From Guillardia theta CCMP2712 (taxonomy: Eukaryota; Protista; Cryptophyta), in assembly GCF_000315625.1 (NCBI RefSeq), contig NW_005434624.1, forward strand, positions 513,100 through 577,099: a stretch of DNA of 64,000 nt, written 5' to 3'. Numbering within the stretch: position 1 is the stretch's first letter; the number at the start of each line of letters is the position of its first letter. The notes under the pieces are model-generated. The model saw only the letters and a program-made list of their open reading frames with translations, searched no databases and was not told the origin of the DNA. The position numbers were made by a program, and so were the translations under genes. Of the stretch, positions 57,787 through 64,000 are shown in pieces.

Positions 57787-57999
57787 TGAACGAACTTGAT
57801 GGAGTGCGCTTTACAAAGGATAGAAATAAAGTTCACCTGCCTTCTTCCTTCTCCTCAAAATCTCCCATTTACCCTACCTACCCTACCCTCCTGTACTCTA
57901 CTCTTTCCCAGGCTCCCATCGCCTTCCCTCCCCTCCCCTCCTCTCCCTCCCAGCACTCGCTCCCATCTTCGATGCATCTGCATCCCACGTACCTGCGGC

Positions 58000-58230
58000 C
58001 GCCCAGCCGAGCTCAGTGCCACTGCGGCAGTGGTGACCCGGCGCCGTTCCCGGGGCCTCTGACGTCGCCGGGCCCGCCGGGTGCCGTCACGGTACCAACT
58101 GGCATAAATTCGGACTGGGTTTTTATCAGGCGGCCCGGGCTGTAAGTGACCAACGACCTCCGTAAATCTTCTTTTGCTCAAAGTTAAGTTAAAATCAGTA
58201 CGAGGACAAATCACTGAGGTCGTGACAGCT
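58000..58230. other. GC-rich island with a dispersed motif copy at 58172-58213
   Basis: ttttgctcaaagttaagttaaaatcagtacgaggacaaatca. Confidence 0.78.
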
Positions 58231-58790
58231 TGTCGTATCTGCACCAGGAACAATTCAAACTTTTACAATGCTCATGGTAGTGCCGTGCGATGTGAAGGGA
58301 TGCATCCTCCCTTGACTCCTTGGTCATCAGGATCTGAAATCTCGTGATTGTACGATGTTCCCAGCTACCGACTTCTTGAAGTTGCAGTGGGATATGAAAC
58401 ATTGCGTTTTGTGATCCGAAACGCTCTTTCTTTTTTGGCTCTCGCACATAACTGATCGAAAGACACGACGTTGGAAAGCTCCTCCTTCGCCTGCTCCTAC
58501 TCCTATCCCCAGCCACAACAACGTGCAAGCTACCTGCTTCTTGACCTTCTGCTGCGACACTCCTTGTGTCGATCACTGATCGGGAAGTACGCGGCCATAC
58601 AGTCATATCGGCGAAAATGCTGCCCTCCATCAAGTCCAAGCAGCTCAAGGCGCTCAACGACTCTATCAAGCTCATCTTATCGCACGCCATCATCGTCGAC
58701 TCTAGCGGAGAGGAGAGAATTCTTTGAGAAGTCACTCTGACTTTGGTCGCCTTCATTACACGTCTACTCCACTTCAAACTTCCGTCACCG

Positions 58791-61700
58791 TCAGGCTTCG
58801 CTCGCCGCTTCCACCAGGTCGTCGAACATCCTCCTGTACCGAAGCTGCTCTACCGCGTGCTTGCATCGGACACATTCTCCTGTACAGAAGGCGGTCACAC
58901 AGCTATTCAGGCGGCGCTGCTTTCGGTACCCATCGAGACTCGATGCGCGGAGACAGCTTCAGGCAACACGTCCTTGAGAGGCTGATCCGTGTCGATTCCC
59001 AGCGCCTGAAATTCATACACTTGCTCACGATGACTCCATCGGCTGTCTTGCTGGACAATGAGAACTATCGCACGATACCTTGTACATCAGGCTGAGCGAG
59101 TAGAGGACGGAGAGTTCTCTTGCTGCATTCAAGTCTTACTGGCGCATCGGGCGGTAAGGGATATCCTCACACTCAGCGACGGGATGAAGACGAGCATCCC
59201 AAAACGTCTTCGGCTTCCCTGCTGCTGTTACCCACCGTCAACGTTCAATACATGGTGGGCAATGCATATCAGTATCTGACCTTGAGCCGTATGGATGGTG
59301 TCTTCAGCTATCCCAAGGACAGAGCAGACCTTGCTCATGCTCATTCCCAGCCATAAAAGCTTCAAGGACGTCAGCTACTCGCAGCAGCAGAACGTCGACT
59401 CAAGCTCACCTTCTCTATCGTCCCTGACTGCTTTACATCGTCGGAGGTTCGCATCACTTGGGTGACATATCTTGTCCTGTACAATATCCATTAAAACAAT
59501 AGCCAATCTCTTTCTCGCTGTGTGCCCCACACCTCCCATCCAACGTGATCACGACCGTCTGAAGGAAAATGCCATCAGGAATGACAACTCCGTCCGTTAG
59601 AGCGACGCTGCATGAAACATCGGCTCAACCCCCTTGTCTGGAATGCTTCAGCTACTCAACCAGCTAAGGAGGCAGTCCCTTCCTATCTTCACGTCCTTGC
59701 CTACCTAGGCAGGATAAGTCTTTTCAATGTCGCACAGCATTTCCTTGCTTACTGTACAGAACTCCACCACACTCCGAGGCCCCAGCTCGGCTGACTCGTG
59801 CACCCGAGAGCAGATTTTGCAGCTCGTCAACGACTTCGAGTAGTAGCCCAGACCGTGTGCTCCTTGTGGTCCGTCAGCTCCTGCTACTTAAAACCCTCTC
59901 CCTCCTGTACCTATCTCCACCGCGAACCCTTCTTGCCTTACGCTCCCCCCAGAGGCCTCCACAAGGAACGACGTGGAGCCGCAGAAGTGGTCGAGCATCT
60001 AGCAGCCCGTCTGAGCCTCCTCCCTCCTCCCTTCTTCTCCCTCCTCCCTTCCTCTCCCCTCACCTCTGGGATCGTTCCTATGTGCCAGAAGCGAGACTTC
60101 TCCACCTGCCGTCCAGCTCAGCATCAAGGCCTTTTACGTGCAAAGGGGTAGGAAGACGAAAGATCAAGATCAGAGGAGCGTGGACCTTGCAAACGTTCAG
60201 CTCCATCCCATTCAGTGCTTGAAAGAGGCTCCTCCGGGTCTCAGACAGCAAGTCGCTTCCCTTGCCTGAGCAACTTCATCCCTCCTTCCTCCTGCTCAAC
60301 CTCACCATGCTGACCTATGTACTCCTCGTCGGCTTCAGGGCCCAGCGCTTGCAGCCTGATTGATCATCCACCCGTCAATCGGCGGCATAGCCTCCTTCCT
60401 CGAGATCCTACAGGTCCCCGTACGCATCCACCTCACAGCCCACGTGCCGTTCGTGCTCGTCCCACCAAGTCAAGAGCCTCTTCGCCTTGCAACGCAGCTC
60501 AGCCTCTGCCCCATCCGCCCCTACCACCTCACTGTTGGCATGTCGAAGAAGAACGTGCTGTCGGTGTAGGCCTCGAGCTCCTTGTTCATCAGCGCCCCGT
60601 ACTTGCGCATCTGCCCTCAAGGCAGGTGAGGGGAGGGAAGCAGGAGGCTGCTCCATCACTCGCTCGTGGGAAGGTTTGTGCGTGTATCGACGACAACGGA
60701 CGGTCCCTTGGAACAGAAAACTTCACTGTTGAAGCTTGTTTGAACTCTCTGCCCACCTGCTCCCTCCCCTTGGCTTCCTTCCGAGGCCTCGAGGCAGAAC
60801 ACGCCGTGGGTGTAGGCGATGTCGACTGTGCTCCGGTGTGCGAGGGCCGTGAAGCCTGCGGGCACCGAGTGACTCCTCGCCTTCCTTCTCTCACAAGCCA
60901 AGAGGACCAGGCTGGTTGAAGTCACAGACATCGGAGTCGAAGATGATGATATCGTCCCCACACTTGAGCTGTGCGAGGGGTGAGCGAGGCAAGAAGCTCT
61001 GGCGGCTAGATCGCTCACCATCACACCAGGAGGAGCGCTGCCAGGAATGTCGCATAGCATAGCGAAGCACATTTCTTCCCACCAAAACATCAGCGGGAGC
61101 GCACCGACTCGCTCCCCTCACCCAGCATTGAGCAGCCCTGAAATGGTCCAGCTGGGAGGGCTGCGAAGATCTTCCCGCAAACACTTCACACTGACGTCAG
61201 CACGCGCAGATTCGAGCAGCTGGCACCTGTGCTGGGGTGTTCGCTGGCTGTACCCTCCAGCATGAATGAGGAGAACTCGAAGGCTCTCGAACTCCGACGA
61301 GAACTTGTCCCGAAGGAAGTCAAGAGCGACGAAAGTTGCTCCTGCCACCACCGTCCTCGTCAGTCGCTCGTCAGAGGGCGAGGGAGTTCGGTTGCCTCCG
61401 TTGCCTATCTTGACCCCTGGCGGGTCATGCAGGACGTGGTAGTGGGGGCGGGAGGGGATAGACTGTTCAATTGGTCAGAAGCTGAGGGATTCAGAGCATG
61501 TAGCCACGAGACCTTGAGCTGCTTCCTCCACTGCAACTGCTCCTCATAGATCTTCGCCTGTTGAGATCCAGCGGTCAGCTTGAAACGCCATCAACGATCA
61601 CATGCTGGAGGGCGCGAGGGTCGCCAGGATCGGTCCTGTTCGAAAGCACCTGCTCCTCGTCGGAGGCAGTGATGACGACGGCATCGAAGAACTTCATGTC

Positions 61701-62001
61701 CTTGATCCCCTTCGCCTGTCTTGTATCAGATTCCCTCATGTGTTCGAGGTACTTCACCTCCTCCACGAGGAGCCTCTTGTATCGCATGAATTTCTTTTCC
61801 TGCACGGATGATGATTGATCGCCAACTCATCTTGCCTACATCTCTTCTCCCCGCCTTCTCCCTTGCATCCCAATCCTTCCTTCTCCTTCGCTCTCTTCCT
61901 CCTCCTCCTCTCCTCCTCTCCTCTTCCTCACTGTCGTCGTTGTCGTCGCTCACCTGCATCTTTGCCAGCTCCTCTGGCTCGGCCATCGTGATGGCTTCCA
62001 T
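58791..62001 (-). CDS. Fucose-1-phosphate guanylyltransferase (FPGT)-like, multi-exon
   Basis: FDAVVITASDEEQ, YHVLHDPPGVKIG, GGATF, VLLIHAGGYSQR, PGFTALAH..THGVF, YTDSTFFFD, CEVDAYGD, FWDARLHPV. Confidence 0.83.
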
Positions 62002-62680
62002 GGCCCAGGATCCTCCAAACGTTTGGAAGCAAGCAATGGGGGTAAGGGTACATTTGTCCAGGGTAGGGGTGTGTGACAAAGCTGTGAACATGGGGAAAAT
62101 ATAGGGGTACTGGAACTAGTTTACAGGGGTGTGTCAACAACTTGATGGGTAGATGGTCATCTCTTTGTTTTAAGGGTCAGGGTACTGTATCACAGTGAGA
62201 AGGTGGGGTATAGAGAGGCACAAATGGGGGTGGGGTGTATCTGTCCTTCCGAGGAGGGAGGCAATGCCGAGGAACGCGAAGAGCAAAGGGAGGAGCGGGA
62301 GAGGAGAGAGGAGAGAGGAGAGAGGAGAGAGGAGAGGAGGGGGAAGGGAGAGATAGCAGCAGAGGAGATGGTTGATACAAGTGGGGATGAGGTAGAACCC
62401 ACATTGAGATGTGCGAAAAGGAAAGTGAACCCAGAGGCCAACACACGAATAGCAACGAGGTACAAGGTTTGCCGGGTAAACCGCACCAACAAGAGCGAAA
62501 CTTTTGTCGATGTAGATGCTATGTATACGATATCCGGAGTTGAGTGGGTACGAAAAGTCTCAGCTTAGACCGTCAGAAGAGATTTTCCATCGGACTTTGA
62601 TCTGATTGAATTGTGAATGTCATGTGCTGTGGTGGTTCGCTCTGACGCCCCTGCTCTCCTCTAGAACAAGAAACGCCACC

Positions 62681-63889
62681 ATGCCGATGCCAGCCGAATC
62701 TCAGATTAACGGGAACGGCATGACTGCCGGCAATTTCTTCAGCAACGCCTTCTCAGCTACTGAGGGTCTGCCTGAAAGCTTCGACCAGTACAGGCCGCCA
62801 GCGTCCTTCGCGCAAGAGGATGGATTCCAGCTGCCCCCATCCTTCGCTGACGCCGCGAACTTCCCCAAAGTTCAGACGAAGCCTGCGGAGATTCCGCGGC
62901 AGACGAAGCTGACGGGGATGCCCATGAAGGAGCCCAAGGTGGAGCGGACGGCGTATGAGCCGGCTCCTCTGCCCAAGTCCGTGATCAACCAGGCCAGGCC
63001 CAAGGACGAGGTCTTCCAGAAGCTCATGGCGAGCATGGGAGGCAACGATGAGATCGCTCCGTTCCAAACGCCTGTCATCAAGGAGAGGCCGATCGGCGTC
63101 GAGCCGCACATGGCGGCCCCAATGCGGCAAGAGGACAGGGGGGAGGTTGACGAAGGAGAGTACGAGGGGGAGAAGGAGGGCGGCATGCGGCACGGGAAGG
63201 GAAAGTGCCGGTACGCCAACGGGAACCAGTACATCGGCGAGTGGGTCAACAACAAGCGTAACAACCGAGGAACAATGTACTTTGCCTCCAGCGCCGTGTA
63301 CGACGGGGAGTGGCTGGAAGGAGAGAGAAGCGGGCACGGAGTGATGAAGTACTCGGACGGGTCGACGTACGAGGGCCAGTGGTTGCGAGACTTGAAGCAC
63401 GGGTACGGTTGCTATCGGTTTGCGAGCAAGGCCAGCTACACCGGGCAGTGGTTTGAGGGGAGGATGCACGGGCAGGGAACGTACGAGTTCGCGGACGGCC
63501 AGAAGTTCCATGGAGAGTTCAACAGGAACCTCAAGAGCGGGTACGGGACGCACGTGTACCGCAATGGGGATCAGTGGGGAGGGATATGGATCGACGACGA
63601 GCCAAGCGGGTCCGGGTTGTACATCTTCGCGTCCAACGAGTTCAAGGTAGAGTCGCCGTTCGTCAAGGCAGGAGAGCCTCCTCCCCATGTGGGCAGGCAG
63701 AACCAGGTGGCCAAGGTGCTGAGGAGGGAGGACAAGCTTCGGATGCTGCAGGAGAGTGAGAGCGCGGACGAGCAGGCTCGAGAGTTCGCGTCCAAGGCAG
63801 CCCAGGTGGCAGCCGAGGCCCGCGTGAAGATGTACAAGGTGCTCGACGATACCGCACAGCTGCTCGGGCTGATGGCCCCTAATACCTAA
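62681..63889 (+). CDS. MORN-repeat protein (single coding exon)
   Basis: Seven YxGxWxxGxxHGxG-type repeats (YEGEKEGGMRHGKG, YIGEWVNNKRNNRG, YDGEWLEGERSGHG, ...). Confidence 0.92.
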   Translation: MPMPAESQINGNGMTAGNFFSNAFSATEGLPESFDQYRPPASFAQEDGFQLPPSFADAANFPKVQTKPAEIPRQTKLTGMPMKEPKVERTAYEPAPLPKSVINQARPKDEVFQKLMASMGGNDEIAPFQTPVIKERPIGVEPHMAAPMRQEDRGEVDEGEYEGEKEGGMRHGKGKCRYANGNQYIGEWVNNKRNNRGTMYFASSAVYDGEWLEGERSGHGVMKYSDGSTYEGQWLRDLKHGYGCYRFASKASYTGQWFEGRMHGQGTYEFADGQKFHGEFNRNLKSGYGTHVYRNGDQWGGIWIDDEPSGSGLYIFASNEFKVESPFVKAGEPPPHVGRQNQVAKVLRREDKLRMLQESESADEQAREFASKAAQVAAEARVKMYKVLDDTAQLLGLMAPNT

Positions 63890-64000
63890 GTGGAGAGAGG
63901 AAGAAAAGAGAGGGGGAAAGAGAGGAGGAGAGGAGAAAGAGAAGCGAATGAAACGAGAAGAGGAAGAAAGAGGGAGAAAGAGGAGGACAAGGGAAGGGAA

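Noticed and set aside
62753-63688. 311-aa antisense ORF
   Set aside because: Shadow of the GC3-rich MORN gene on the opposite strand.

Overview
Eukaryotic nuclear DNA: gene-dense, many short GT-AG introns with CTGAC-like branch points, and long introns filled with purine/pyrimidine microsatellites. Three genes (SDR, Fe-SOD, GST) have bipartite signal+transit presequences of the AxA-F/Y type, which with the RWP-RK expansion suggests an alga with a red secondary plastid, most likely a cryptophyte such as Guillardia theta (inference). Housekeeping genes: SDR, mitochondrial TPP carrier, PhzF-like, Fe-SOD, SAM50, TSTD2/TrhO-like rhodanese, Sel1-repeat, GST, copine-WW, SpoU/TrmH, FPGT and a MORN protein. 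They are interleaved with accessory material: six RWP-RK genes sharing a C-terminal W-x-x-W-[YF]-x(4)-D-x-D motif; an ANK/WD40/dead tyrosine-kinase-like/RING gene whose 126-bp WD40 units are nearly identical except at hypervariable positions, plus an orphan unit downstream; a CRE-like non-LTR retrotransposon fragment; and a chromovirus 3' end with one LTR. Most striking, a ~25-55 bp motif (CTCCTGATTGTCCTCGTACTGATTTTTAACTTAACTTTGAGTAAAG) lies at the end of the non-LTR element's 3' UTR and recurs about nine more times, each time in or at the edge of a GC-rich intergenic island. Exon boundaries were read by eye and are approximate; no database searches were run.
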